A stretch of DNA of 64,000 nucleotides from the human T2T-CHM13v2.0 reference genome, Homo sapiens. The stretch is taken from NCBI RefSeq assembly GCF_009914755.1, contig NC_060934.1; one strand, written 5' to 3'. Shown in pieces: positions 13,740 through 26,996 of the stretch. The position numbers and the translations under genes are program-made. The notes under the pieces were generated by a model that was given only the letters and a program-made list of their open reading frames with translations, was not told the DNA's origin and did not search any database. Each line of letters begins with the position of its first letter. Position 1 is the first letter of the stretch.

Positions 13740-14099
13740 GTTCTAGACGTGCTTCTCTTCTCGACACGCTCCTCCTGGGTGACCTCACCCACTTCCCTGT
13801 CTCTGCTGACCGTCCTTCCAGGGAGGATTCCCAAGCCCTTTGTTTTCAGCTAAGACACCCTGTGCACCCTCTCATGCCTATTGGATATCTCTGTTCTGAC
13901 GCCACCCTGACATTTCAAATGCCTCCTCTCTCTCTAGTCTGGGTGATGTATCCCCAGGGAAATCGCTGGGGACGTGGTCGGTGACGGTGGGTGGGAGCCA
14001 GATTGCAGCAGGTGATGAAGTGAGGAGGAGAAAAGGAAATGGTGGATGTTTCTTTGGCCATTTGCCCTTTTACTGTGCATGAATGAAGGTACATTTTGA
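13740..14099. repeat. Local duplicated cassette: arm A (13740-13928) is a direct copy of 16145-16314 plus 17387-17403; arm B (13949-14099) is an inverted copy of 15749-15897
   Basis: Manual alignment; arm A about 87% identical by my count. Confidence 0.9.
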
Positions 14100-14684
14100 T
14101 CTCTACCCTACTGTCAAGGCAGGCACACTCTCCATCATTTACCAATTTCTATGACTTTGACATTCCACATCTTCAAGCTATTTCCTTTTCCCCTTCCCAA
14201 GTGAGCATTTTTAATATAGAAGGGTGGGTGGGGTAGCTTTATGCAGCCTCTGTCTTCTGGAATAAGAGTTATTAGAAACCTCAACCACAAAAAGAAGGCT
14301 AGGGCACTGAATTCTTCCTCAGGGCAACTGTGCAGACAATTCTAATGTTTGCACAGTGTAAGACACGTGATAAAGACTGCATTAAACGTAAAAGTTTTAC
14401 AAATATGTACATCTGAAAGTATGAGCGAAAATGCTCAAGCTCTTCAAATAGAGGAAATACAAATTGTTTTGCTAACATAGTATGGAAACAAATAATTTAT
14501 TTCACTACTTTAGAAAAAAAATCAAGTTTTAGAATCAACTGTTTCAGCACCATATTTAACTCTGAAACAATGTTTTTGTCAATGTAGTTAACTTTTTCCT
14601 CATTTTCACAATGGGATTAACATGACTTTTTGATAATATGCCCTTAAAGGAAAGGAGAGACATGAACTCACAAACATTTACAAG

Positions 14685-14935
14685 GCAGTGTGGCATAGTG
14701 GTTAGAAATGTGCGCTCTGGGGCTGCTGATCCCAGGCTCAAACCCTGGCGCTGTCACTTCCTAACTGTAGGACCCTGGATGAAGTTACTAAACCTGTCAG
14801 TTAAGCAACTTCATCCACTCAAAGTAAGTAACGACAGCACCAATCTCATCTGGTGACTGTTAAGGATTACATGACATAATTCATGTACAATTTAAAACGG
14901 TCTGGCATATAGTTTGTACTCAACCAGTGCCAGTT
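14685..14935 (+). mobile_element. MIR
   Basis: gcagtgtggcatagtggttagaaatgtgcgctctgg...gaagttactaaacctgtc. Confidence 0.8.
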
Positions 14936-16314
14936 GTGACTTCCTCTAAGCCTACCCCCTAGGGAGATGTTTTAAGGAATGATGGCTACGTGTTCATATT
15001 AGATACAGGATAAAAGCATCCTAGCAGAGTCCTAGAAAGATGAGTTCTCGGTCAAACAAATTCTATTATTCTCTTTTCATAGGAAGCTATACCAATAAAG
15101 GGACTAAACACTTTTTGGTGAGGAGGGCAGTGAACTGTGGTTCATGCCCTGGGTTTCTGGAAAGTGTGTTAAGTCCTATAGGTGCAACAGCGGAACGGAA
15201 GATAGGTAAGTGAATGTCCTGCTTTGCAGGAACCGTTACAGATACAGGAAGTCAAATACGTGTGGCTTTCCTCTCTGTGTGCCCTTGTTTTATGATTTAG
15301 GCCTCAGCAGCAACCACGCCATTAGCTGTAACTGTCCTTGTTGGCAGTGTTTACTGTCAGAGCAGGACCAAGCACTTGTTGACTGAACCTGAAGAAATCA
15401 AAATGAATGAAGGAAAAAAATCCTGCTAGTGGTAGTCCCAAGGAACTTTGGAAGAAAGTAAAAACAGACCCACCAACATGGGGCATCATGTGACTCAGGG
15501 GCTGGCCTGTCGTACGATGCTGAAGAGCATGTGTGACTCTGTACACACCCTGGCATTTCCTCTGAGGAGAAAATCTCAACAAAATTTAGCCTCTGAGCTT
15601 CTCATGGGCTAAAACTGAAATACCTGCTGAGTCTTCAGTACCTGGAAGAAACATTCACTCATGGCAGCATGGAAGTCGACAGTCACTGTTTCTGCCTCTT
15701 CTGGCCAAAGCCAGTGCCTTAGAGGGGGTTTAGGCGAAGGTTGAATTCTCAAAATGTACATTCACTGATGTACAGTAAAAGGGCAAATGGCCAAAGAAGC
15801 CTCCACCATTTTCTTCTCTCCTCCTTACCTGCTGCAATCTGGCTTTGGTCCCCACTCGCCCTCACCGACCAGGTCCCCAGCGATTTCCCTGTGGATATGT
15901 CCCTGGACAACTCTCCATTCTTACCCTACCTGGCCTCACGAAAGCATCTGACGCTGGGAAGTTCATTTCCTCTGGTTCATGGAAAATTACTAGAGTGAAA
16001 GTTTCATGAGGATGGGGACTGTATCAGCCTAGTTCCACGAAGCAGTTCTTACAATGCTTGGCAGAGTGTGTACTCATCACAGACAATCAATATCTGAGTG
16101 AGTGACCCAGTGTCTCCTGTAAAAGGTGATGTTCTGCTGGGCTTGTTCTAGACATGCTTCTCTTCTCCACACACTCCTCCTGGGGGACCTCACCCACTTT
16201 CCTGTCTCTGCCAACCATCCTTTCAGGGAGGATTCCCACACTCTTTTTTCAGCTGAGAGCCACTGTGCAGCCTCTCATGCCTACTGGATATCTCTGTTCT
16301 GACGCCGCACTGAC

Positions 16315-17380
16315 TGTTGGGGGAAGTCAGGGACCCCAAACGGAGGGACCGGCTAAAGCCATGACAGAAGAACGTGGATTGTGAAGATTTTATGGACATT
16401 TATTAGTTCCCTAAATTAATACTTTTGTAATTTCTTATGCCTGTCTTTACTGCAATCTCTCAACATAAATTGTAAAGATTTCATGGACACTTATCACTTC
16501 CCCAATCAATACCCTTGTGATTTCCTATGCCTGTCTTTACTTTAATCTCTTAATCCTGTCAGCTGAGGAAGATGTATGTTGCCTCAGGACCATGGGATAA
16601 TTGCGTTAACTGCACAAATTGTACAGCATGTGTGTTTGAACAAATACGAAATCTGGGCACCCTGAAAAAAGAACAGGATAACAGCAATTGTTCAGGGAAT
16701 AAGAGAGATAACCTTAAACTCTGACCACCAGTGAGCCGGGCGGAACAGAGCCATATTTCTCTTCTTTCAAAAGCAAATGGGAGAAATATCGCTGAATTCT
16801 TTTTCTCAGCATGGAACATCCCTGAGAAAGAGAATACGCGCCTGGAGATACAGGCTTATAAACAGCCCCCCCCAGGTGTGCCTGTCTCTTATGGTCGAAA
16901 CTGCAGAGATGAAATAGACTTCAGTCTCCCATAGCGCTCCCAGGCTTATTAGGAAGAGGAAATTCCCACCTAATAAATTTTGGTCAGACCGGTTGATCTC
17001 AAAACCCTGTCTCCTGATAAGATGTTATCAATGACAGTGGTGCCCGAAACTTCATTAGCAATTTTAATTTCGCCTCAGTCCTGTGGTCTCGACCTGCCTC
17101 CACTTGCCTTGTGATATTCTATTAACCAGTTAAGTACTTGATGTCTGTTACTCACACCTATTCACACACTCCCTCCCCTTTTGAAAATCCCTAATAAAAA
17201 CTTGCTGTTTTTTGTGGCTTGTGGGGCCATCACAGATCCTACCAACGTGTGATGTCTCCCCTGGACGCCCAGCTTTAAAATTTCTCTCTTTTGTACTCTG
17301 TCCCTTTATTTCTCAAGCCGGCTGATGCTTAGGAAAAACAGAAAAGAACCTATGTGAATATCGGGGCAGGTTCCCCGATA
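16315..17380 (+). mobile_element. Solo LTR, MER11A-like (HERV-K11/HML-8), antisense to PIP4K2A
   Basis: Starts tgttgggggaagtcagggacccc, ends ggttccccgata; internal tandem unit near 16375-16560; AATAAA 17193-17198; exact TSD ACTGAC at 16309-16314 and 17381-17386. Confidence 0.92.
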
Positions 17381-17386
17381 ACTGAC

Positions 17387-18015
17387 ATTTCAAACTCCTC
17401 CTCCTGCTCTTGTTTGCTATTTCAGGGAGTGGAATGAACACCTACCTACCCAACTGCCTAAACCAGAAACTTGGGGGTCATCCTTAACCCCCTTCCCTCT
17501 ACGCACACTCCCTGGCACCTCTGGCACTCAATCCCTCAGTTCTGTAGATTTGTCTTCCCAAATCTCTCTGTAATTCATCCACTTCTACCACATCCCAGCT
17601 CCGGCCAGCATCTTCTCCGGGCTACTTCATCAGCCTCTCTGACAGGACTGGCTTCCTTCCCTCTGTGGCTTCCTCTCTCCCTGCAGCAAATGCACCAAAT
17701 ACTCCCCACTCTGACTCTCATGCCCTTGCACCTGCCGCTCTTCCTCTGACTAACTCCTATTGATCCTTCAGGTTTCTGGACATCACCTCCTCCAGGAAGC
17801 CCTTCCTTGACCCTGCCCAGCCTGAGCCAGGCGCCCTTGCTATGTGCTCTAGAGCTCCCTGAGTGTCCTGTCCAAGTGTTCACCCCATGATAACATAATT
17901 TTCTATTTGAGGTCTGCATCCCCTGCTAGATCTTTCTGTGTGTCTTGTTATTTTAGCCCCTGAAGCTAGGATAGTAGCCACAAAAATATTCACAAACACC
18001 TCTGAATGAACAAAC
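17387..18015 (+). mobile_element. L2 fragment, interrupted upstream by MER11A
   Basis: aaaccagaaacttgggggtcatcctt, cacctcctccaggaagcccttcc, L2-like 3' end gaatgaacaaac. Confidence 0.7.
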
Positions 18016-18878
18016 AAAAGTAGATTTGCAAATCTATAAAATTCAACTCAAAACTGCTATCAGTCTAAAAGAACAACTTTCAAACAACAATTTTGAGCTC
18101 TGTTTTCAAATGGAATAGTTAAGAAAAAGGCACTTCCCAAGGTGACAAGAAGGCATAACTAAGAGTATAGATGTACCCTTTATATAAGCATGTGTTGACT
18201 TGAGTTAGTTTAGGTTTACATCCAGGAAGCTACTTCCTAAATTCCTATTCAAACCAATCCTTCAAGTTGACTCTCTCTATAATCTTGCACAGTAAACTAA
18301 ATGTGGCTCAAATACTACCTAAGGTCCAATAAGCCAGGAAAAGAGAAAAAGAGATGCAGTCTTCTTATCCTTAATTTTTTAGGCAAAAAATACTTGTATC
18401 ATGTCTTAATAGTTGGAAAGGAGTTTGAGGCTCATCCAAGCCAACATACTACAGGTGAGAAAGCAGACTCAGCGATGCAAAGAAATGTATTCAGGGTCAC
18501 ATTCGGTTTGATATCGGTGAAGCAGTGTTAGGTCCTGGTTCCCTGACCCGCAGGAACGCACTCTCAGCTGTCAGTGCCATTTTCGATTATAGGTTTACTG
18601 CACAGGTGGCTGTGTTTTTCAAGAGCAAGTTGCATGTGGAATGTTCCTTCCAACCATGCTTGCAACAAATAACTGTTTCACTATTCAACAATTTGATGAA
18701 GAGAAATGAAGTAGAACTCTCATCGGGTCAATACAGTGTTTCTCGCTGGTGGCAGCAGAATGGGGAACAGGAAGAACCACAATAGCAGGGGTGGGAGACT
18801 AGAAATAAAGAGTAAAGGTGATTGGGAGTATGTGATCATGCCCCCAGGACATGGGGAGACATACAGCAAGGTACTTAC

Positions 18879-18917
18879 CTTTTCTTTGTCACTAGCTTCT
18901 CTAGCCACTGTAGAGCC
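18879..18917 (-). CDS. PIP4K2A: PIP4K2A exon 6 (39 nt; GSTVAREASDKEK)
   Basis: Acceptor gtgtttcag|GGC, donor AAG|gtaagt; completes the DLK-GS motif; visible in ORF 18720..19214. Confidence 0.97.
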
Positions 18918-20672
18918 CTGAAACACAAGGCAATAATAAAAACATGCGCATGGGAGGCATTGGGTTTCACACGCAGAAAATATGAAAATGGCTCCAGGCG
19001 GAGCAGAGAGCCAGCTCAGCACCCACTCTGCTTCGCAGCCCATGTGGAATGGGCTTCTCATCCCTCCCTGACCATGGCTCTCTGTCCGGCCTGTGTCCCC
19101 TCTCTGCAGGTATTCCTGGCCACTGGCCGCTTCTCTAGCCCTGACTCTGTCTTGCTCACCTGTGTTTCTGTGGTTCTTGTCCACCTGCTGGAAGTTAGAA
19201 AACCTGACCATCACTTACTTGAGCAGTAACTTACTCAACACTGGATCAGCCCCACACTTTACTCCTTGTATCAACTGCCAGAAATAGTCAGTCCTGTTAT
19301 CTTAAAGAGTCCCACTAGCTGGCTGCAGTGGGACCACAGGAGCGTTAAGTGCCTCTTTCCCCACATTACGTCCTTCTGTGGGCACATCCTCACCTGCTGA
19401 CTTTTTTCTGCAATGCTCATTGTTTTCTCCCGTCTTAAGAGTTACTGATGAACACTCTTTCCTTGCTTGCTATACATCAGTCCCCCACAGCCACTCTCTG
19501 ACCCCATTTACTTTGGAGATTCCTTCAAAGACACACAGTTATTTGTACCTCTTTTGTGCCAGGCCCTATGCTGAGTGCAGAGGTACAAAGTGGAGGAAAA
19601 CATGGCCCTTGATCTCAGCAGTTTGTGCTCTTACTGCAGTGGTGTTCAAAACTCTGCCTTAGAGCTCTGGGTTGTCTAGCATGACCTGAGTCTACCTCGG
19701 AGGCCGACGGGGAGGCTTTAGGGGTAGAGTCCAAGCAGAGAAACTTCCCGTGGCTTGTGGAAGATTTTAATTCAAAAGAAAAGCTGGGAAACAAATGGTC
19801 TGGTGAATTCCTAAGTATGGATGACAATCACGGTGTCTCATACACAGCAGATGTCCTGTGTTTACTGCATAAATGGCTGGAGAAGAATCACAGGCCAATT
19901 TCCTGGGCTCCCTTCCCCTCCTGCACTGGACACCCCTAACTATCGTGAGGTCAGCCAAGCCACTTGCTTCTTTACCACCTGATGAAAAGACATCTATTGC
20001 CCTGGGTTACTTGAGTTAGCCATTCATTAAATGAACTTACAGTTGGCTTGGGAAAAGTGAAAGTGGCTTTTAGATTGGCCATCTGCAAAGAAATCAAAAT
20101 TTTTGATTACTGGCTTTCATCGAGCAGCTCAGGCATTGACTAGGATTGAGCTTCCTGCAATTCACAGATGCGGAAACTTGAACGGAAGAGACTCCTCACA
20201 TTGGGGAAGGGAGCCAAGACCAGGCTGGGGGGGTCTCCCCAGGGCCGATCTTCCATCCCCCTGGTGCTCAGTGCCCCCAGGACTGGAAGATCCGAGGGAC
20301 GCTGCTGCTGGCCCAGGGAAAATGTTCAATGTTTCTCAGGGCGATTCAGAGCAGCCCAAAGCTGACCCATCAGATGGAGACAGATAATGTGAACCATTCA
20401 TGAAGGCAAACCTGAGAACCCATTCTACGACCACAGTCCGAGCCCCTCTGCACAGCCATGCCCAGCAACTGTTACTTGCCATGGTCTACTTTCCTTCCTT
20501 TAGGGATTCCTGAATATGGACCAGAAGTACCTTCCTTTACACACTGATTTTTCACAACGAATGTTCCCAAATACTTTTTAAAAATGGGACATTTGTAATA
20601 CTTGAGCACTGCCTATGATGCTGGGAACAGGAAGAAACTATTCTACTTTGAATTCTTAACCAAGTTCTTGGG

Positions 20673-20720
20673 GTGTGTGTGTCTGTGTGTGTGTGTGTCT
20701 GTCTGTGTCTGTGTGTGTGT
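20673..20720. repeat. Interrupted (TG)n/(TCTG) microsatellite
   Basis: gtgtgtgtgtctgtgtgtgtgtgtgtctgtctgtgtctgtgtgtgtgt. Confidence 0.9.
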
Positions 20721-21199
20721 TTCCTCTCCTACAATATAATCCACCCTGCTTCTGATTCTCAGGGAAGCTTCATCTGTATGCAAATGCTGATCATTAGCTT
20801 GGGAACAACAAAACACAAAACTCATCCAAGTTTAAATTAATTCACAATAAAAAATTATTAAAAAAAATAGAAAAGGAAGGCCAAGAGTTTAAGCCATGAA
20901 ACAATGCCAGATGTACAGGTTCCATCACAACTGAGAGCACTGGCAAGAACAGAGTTTATCTATGCCACAAGCCAGAAAGGGAGATGAAACTGTGAAAAAA
21001 GCAAGGCAAATTAAAACTAGAATATCCAATCTCTAAGTATAATTTACTCCAAGATATGTTTACCAGATGCCTACTTGTCCGAGGCGCTATCTTAGGCATT
21101 GCAGGGGGATTAAAAAAAAAAAAGTTAAGTAGAAGAACATACTTGCCCTTGAGGCACTTACACATCAGGAGAATGAATGAGGCAACCAAGATTCATTAA

Positions 21200-21385
21200 C
21201 TCCCATATGCCATGCCTCACGCTGGACACAATACATATGTATCTTATTTAATTCTCAAAACATCCCTGCAAATGTAGGTAAAATTATCCCTATTTTAACA
21301 GATGAAGAGACGGAGGGTCATAGAGGTTCAGCAACTTACACAAGGTTAACAAGTCATAAAAGAACAACATGTGACTTTAGAGGTC
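21200..21385 (-). mobile_element. MIR
   Basis: cctattttaacagatgaagagacggagggtcatagaggttcagcaactt. Confidence 0.7.
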
Positions 21386-21669
21386 ACTCTGGCTTTCTTC
21401 CCTGGGGAAGTCAGACAGAGTCCTGTGTGCTCTGAGCAGTACCGCCAAGGCTTCACGAAAAGAGCTGGTGCTGGCAAGGGCCCTGGAGGATGGCTGGGAT
21501 TTCCCCAGGGGCAATTCCAGGGGCACAAAATGGCTTGCTTGGGCGAAGACTTTAAGACAGGACAGGACAAGGGTGTATTTGGGAAGTGGATCCAGTGTGT
21601 GGGGACTTCAGAGGTTAGGAGACAAGCCTAGACCATTTCCTTCACTTAGACTAGCATTTCTCTAAGCAT

Positions 21670-23172
21670 GGTTCAGAACCCTGGGGTCCCAAGACCAAAA
21701 CTATACAAAGCCAAAACTATTTTTATAATAATACTGAGAAATTATTTGCCTTTTCCAGCGTCTTGATATTTGTATAAATAATGCAAAAACAATGGTGGGA
21801 AGAACTGCTAGCAGTTTAGCATAAGTCAAACAGTGGCAACAGTGGGTATTAGTAGTGTTTGTGATTTAAAAAAAAAAAACAATGAAAAAAACCAGCACCA
21901 TCTAAGAAACCCAGCGTCATTTCAGAAACCTCTGAAGCCACACATCCTGGTTTTTGTGACTTGTGAGCTGTGTACGAGTTGCTGAACTTCTGGCTAAGAT
22001 GGTGTGTCATACAAGTAGGCATCTAGTAAACACATGAAAGCATAACATTAAATGTATCAAATCTAGACCCAGGAGTACACGTCTTTTCAATATTCTGTGC
22101 AGGAAATATACATAAAGCACTTCTGTTTATAAAGAAGGAATGATTTCTTAAGAACTGTTTTCGTGATGGTTTGAGTTATGAGTTGAACTGGCCATCTTTT
22201 TCATGAAACAACACTTTTACTTGAAAGAACAACTGACAGTCTATGTTTATTTAGATCTGGGCATGTGACTGATGTTTGCTACAAAATGAATGAAGCTGCT
22301 AGGCTCCCCTGTATGCTGGGGTGCTTGCTACATGTGGTCATTTCACAGAAAACAACTGACAGGGCTTGTGGCCAGTGATAAAATTTGAGATTCCAAGTAA
22401 AAAACTGATTTTTAAAAAACTTATATCCACCATCCTGGGCCTGACCGCTTCCCAATATGTAAAAGACTTTTCTGATGACATTGGTGGTAACACTGTTATG
22501 ACTTTTTGATACTGTATAATGAAATGTGTCAATATTTGGAAGAGTCAAATAACTCAGTGAACCAATGTGTTCCAAATGGCAAGTGCATGCCTTGGCAAAA
22601 TCACACATTCAAACAATGCATGCAAACCAATCAATGGATTTCGATGAAGAGTACAAAAAGTTCATTGATATGATTTCAGATTTCATAATGTAACTAAGCT
22701 TTGAGAAATTACCTCTTGTCAAGCTTTGGTGTAGTATCAAAGAAGAATATCTACAATTATCCAAAAAAGTTGTTAAAACATGCTTTAACAACTTTCCAAA
22801 CTTCATTATTGTGTGAGTTCAGATTTTCTTCACATACTTCAGCGGCATAACACCACACAGACTGACAGCGGAATCAGACAGGACATTCCAACTATCTCAC
22901 ATTAAGTCAAGACATTACGGAGATTTGTAAAAATGTAAAACAATGCTACTTGTCTCATTCATGTTTTTGCTTTTGGAAAATAGTTATTTTTCATAAAAAT
23001 GTTAACATGTAATGTTTTTCTCATTTTTAAAGAAACTACATATTCTAATATTTCTTATATTAATTTTTAATACTGTAAATATCCACAGACACAACTCACA
23101 TCTGCAAAAGCTTTCGAGTGTCCTCTTGTAAGAGCGTGAAAGCGTTGAGACCAAAAAACTTGAGAACCAAAT
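21670..23172. mobile_element. Charlie1-family hAT DNA transposon relic
   Basis: Terminal-like segments (caaaactatttttataataatactgag; gagaccaaaaaacttgagaacca) and decayed transposase-like interior. Confidence 0.75.
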
Positions 23173-23180
23173 GTCAGAGA

Positions 23181-23661
<481 letters not shown>

Positions 23662-23749
23662 AGTCCCTCAAGTAGGATTTGGAATTCAGGCAAGTCATAG
23701 TTTTCCAACCCCTAACTTGAACATTCTCCCCTGAATTGGTGATACCAGA

Positions 23750-24140
23750 AGCCAGATTATGTCACTCCACTCTCAGAATTTCCAGGGGCCCCCCTTTATC
23801 TCCAAGCCTTTGAAATGGTCTCTGTACTTACAGTTCCCTCTGCCAGCAATATTCTTCCTCAGCTCATTTCCTCATCTCCTTCAAGTCTGCTCCAATGTCA
23901 TCTTTCTCAGGGGAACCTTCCCTGACAGGACTATTTAAAACCCTCCCCCTCTTTAATTCTGTCTATAGCACTTACCACTTCTGGGTATGCTCTATGACTA
24001 ACTTATCACTTTTACTTACTGCCTGTCTTTACCCACCAGAATGTCAGCTCCCCGAGTGCAGGTTTGGTTTGTTCATCCCATCACTTCCAGCATCTAGAAC
24101 AGTGCCTGGTATGCAGTTGGCTGAATATTTAAGTAGATGT
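23750..24140 (+). mobile_element. L2 3' fragment
   Basis: agaatgtcagctcc...cagcatctagaacagtgcctgg. Confidence 0.7.
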
Positions 24141-24339
24141 GATATCTCTAACATGTGCCAGTGTTTTTCGGTGAGGCCAGCAAGCACTTATTGCCTCACA
24201 GGAAGGAATACACTGCTACTTGTCTGGTAGCTTTAAGTGCTGAGCGGCTCCTAAGCATTTCTGATGATCAATGACAACATTTACAATGTAGAAGAGTAAG
24301 CTTGAGTTACTTTACAAAAATTCATAAAATCAGTCTCAC

Positions 24340-24486
24340 CTTTAAGTCGTATTTCCTATACACAGACAAACGGTGGCTGAATACATTTCTTGTAACTATC
24401 ACATATATTTCAACTCCATCAACATTAAGCCGGTACATGCCCAAGAACTGGGGAAGAAGGGTGATCCCATGACATTCCACTATGTA
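24340..24486 (-). CDS. PIP4K2A: PIP4K2A exon 5 (147 nt; [49 protein letters not shown])
   Basis: Acceptor ctcctatgcag|TAC, donor AAG|gtgaga; visible in ORF 24322..24528. Confidence 0.98.
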
Positions 24487-26690
24487 CTGCATAGGAGAGA
24501 AAGAAAAAGGAAAAAAACATCCAATCAAAAGATTGCTTCCTTAGATGTAAAATACATACGCCTATGGTGTTCATACAAAGTGAAAAACTCCAGCCATTAG
24601 GGTCTTATTTACAGAAAATGACCACATTTGTACTGCTTACCAATCACATCTGTGTTCACCATCTCTACACAGAAAAGAAAATTCAATTTTATCTCCAAAC
24701 AGATTTTTTTCCAACATTCCAAATGGAATTTGTATGGTCAAACCTTGGATATGATCGTGTAAGGCAAGAGGACATGTGACTATCTTTCTCAAATTCCTTT
24801 TAAGGGATATTACACTCCACCTAGCGCCTCTGTCTTCTACCCCCAAAGCCCTGACTACAAGGCTGAGGCAGAGCAACCTGGCTGCTAAAATAGCTTCTCT
24901 AACAGTGTTGAAGTCGAGATGAAAGAGGAAATTGTGGAGAGCCCAGTGTTAGAAGCTGGGAGGGCAGAGCTAAGCTTCTCAAGAGAGCAGGGGAGAAGGG
25001 GGCAACCCCTGTGACCATAGCACCCTCGCTCCTGCTCTGCCGGCAGATGGGGACTGCCTTGTCCCTGCTGGTTTCCACCAAGTTAACTGGACAAGCCCAG
25101 GGTTGACACCATTTCCGAGGAGAGTTGCAAAAACACAACACGACCTTGGCTGTTTTTCATGACCAAACTCCAGAGGGCCACAAGATGGAGCCACTTCTCC
25201 CTGAGAGCAGATTTTCATAAAACAGGGGTCCCTCTGCACTTCCCAAAGGAAGCTTAGGTTTTCCTTCCTTTAAAATCATGGGGAAGTAATATTTCAAAAA
25301 AGCTCTATGTCCACTGACACGTGTGCAATCTCCAGGATAATAAACAGCATAAATGGTGAGATTCCATTACTGTAAACACCATACATGTTGGGCATATTCA
25401 GAGATGCTAATGATGCAATTGGAGGGAATTCTGATCCTTTTCTACTATACTGCTTGAATTTTTCATTTTCTGTTTTTTTTTTTTTTTTTTTACAATGAGC
25501 ATTTTATAAAAAATACAAAAGTAATTAGAATGTCCTTTCAAACTTCTTAGTTGTAAATACTGTTAATAATCAATTCTGATAATATTTAACCACTTTAAGA
25601 ATGAAAAAGTCTTTGGTTTTGATCATTAAAGATAAACAGCATTGGTACTTGATTCTGATTTTTGCCATCTAGAGTTTTGGCAAGTTTTAAAGATGCCTCT
25701 TCCCTTTCTTTTTTCTTATTGACAATAACTGAGCTATAAATTTTAATCTCATGTAATTCCTGAGTAGAGTTTCACCTTGTTATTTGAAATTAGATGAGTG
25801 AAACATTTTCTATTTCCTTTCAAAATATAATAAATTGAGTTTTGCTAATGCAAAACAGGCAGTAAATAGCCACTGGGTGAAAAGAAAATTTCTCACATCT
25901 GATCTAGAGAAATGAAAAGGGGTTCTTGGCCTCTGTAGAAAGGTGGTTGGATGGGCCTTCAAACATGGAGACTGAGGAAGTCTAGTCTCCACGTGCAGTA
26001 GAGAGAACGTAGGTTTGCGAGCCAGAAAGGTGTGTGTGTGTGTCCTGGCGCCTCCATTTACGAGCTGTGAGATCTTGGGCAAGTTACCAAATCACTCCAC
26101 AGTTTAGCTTCATTTTCCAGAAAAAGAGCCTAATTCCTAACTTGAAGGTTGTTTTGAGGGTTACAGGTAAGAGTATGTCAAAATACTTCACACGGTGCTG
26201 TGTACTATACTATACTGAAGATGATAATGATTATTTTCATTCAAAACTCTGTTAAGAAATTTTAATGTTACACCTGTTTTGTGCTCCCAACTGACATACA
26301 GACATGTACTGGGTGGGGTCTGCTCCGAGGCAGTTATTTTTGAGGCCCACAAGACACAGTCCCTGCCCCAGGGGACACACCGATTTTGGTTTTGCTGCTC
26401 AACCCCTCACTGAGCTCCCATCACGAACTACCTTTACAGAATCCCGCCATTCCTCTCTGATTCAAGTTGCTGTGCAGAGCCACAGAAAGCTATGTCTCAC
26501 AGCGACAAAGAACCATTATTCATGCTACAAATATGGTCAAGAAATCTTTTGAATATTATACAGCAAATCATTGACTAGTTGTCCCCCCTTAGGAAAAAAC
26601 ACCCATACAGATTACATTCTATACCTCCCCTACCTTAAACATTAGCTAAATTATTACACTGAAAAGAGACAGATCAAATCTGTCTACTTT

Positions 26691-26996
<306 letters not shown>

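Noticed and set aside
16375-16560. Tandem repeat of about 80 bp
   Set aside because: Intrinsic to the MER11 LTR, not a separate feature.
22279-22806. ORFs inside the Charlie1 relic as an active or domesticated transposase
   Set aside because: Short and fragmented, with no long intact frame.
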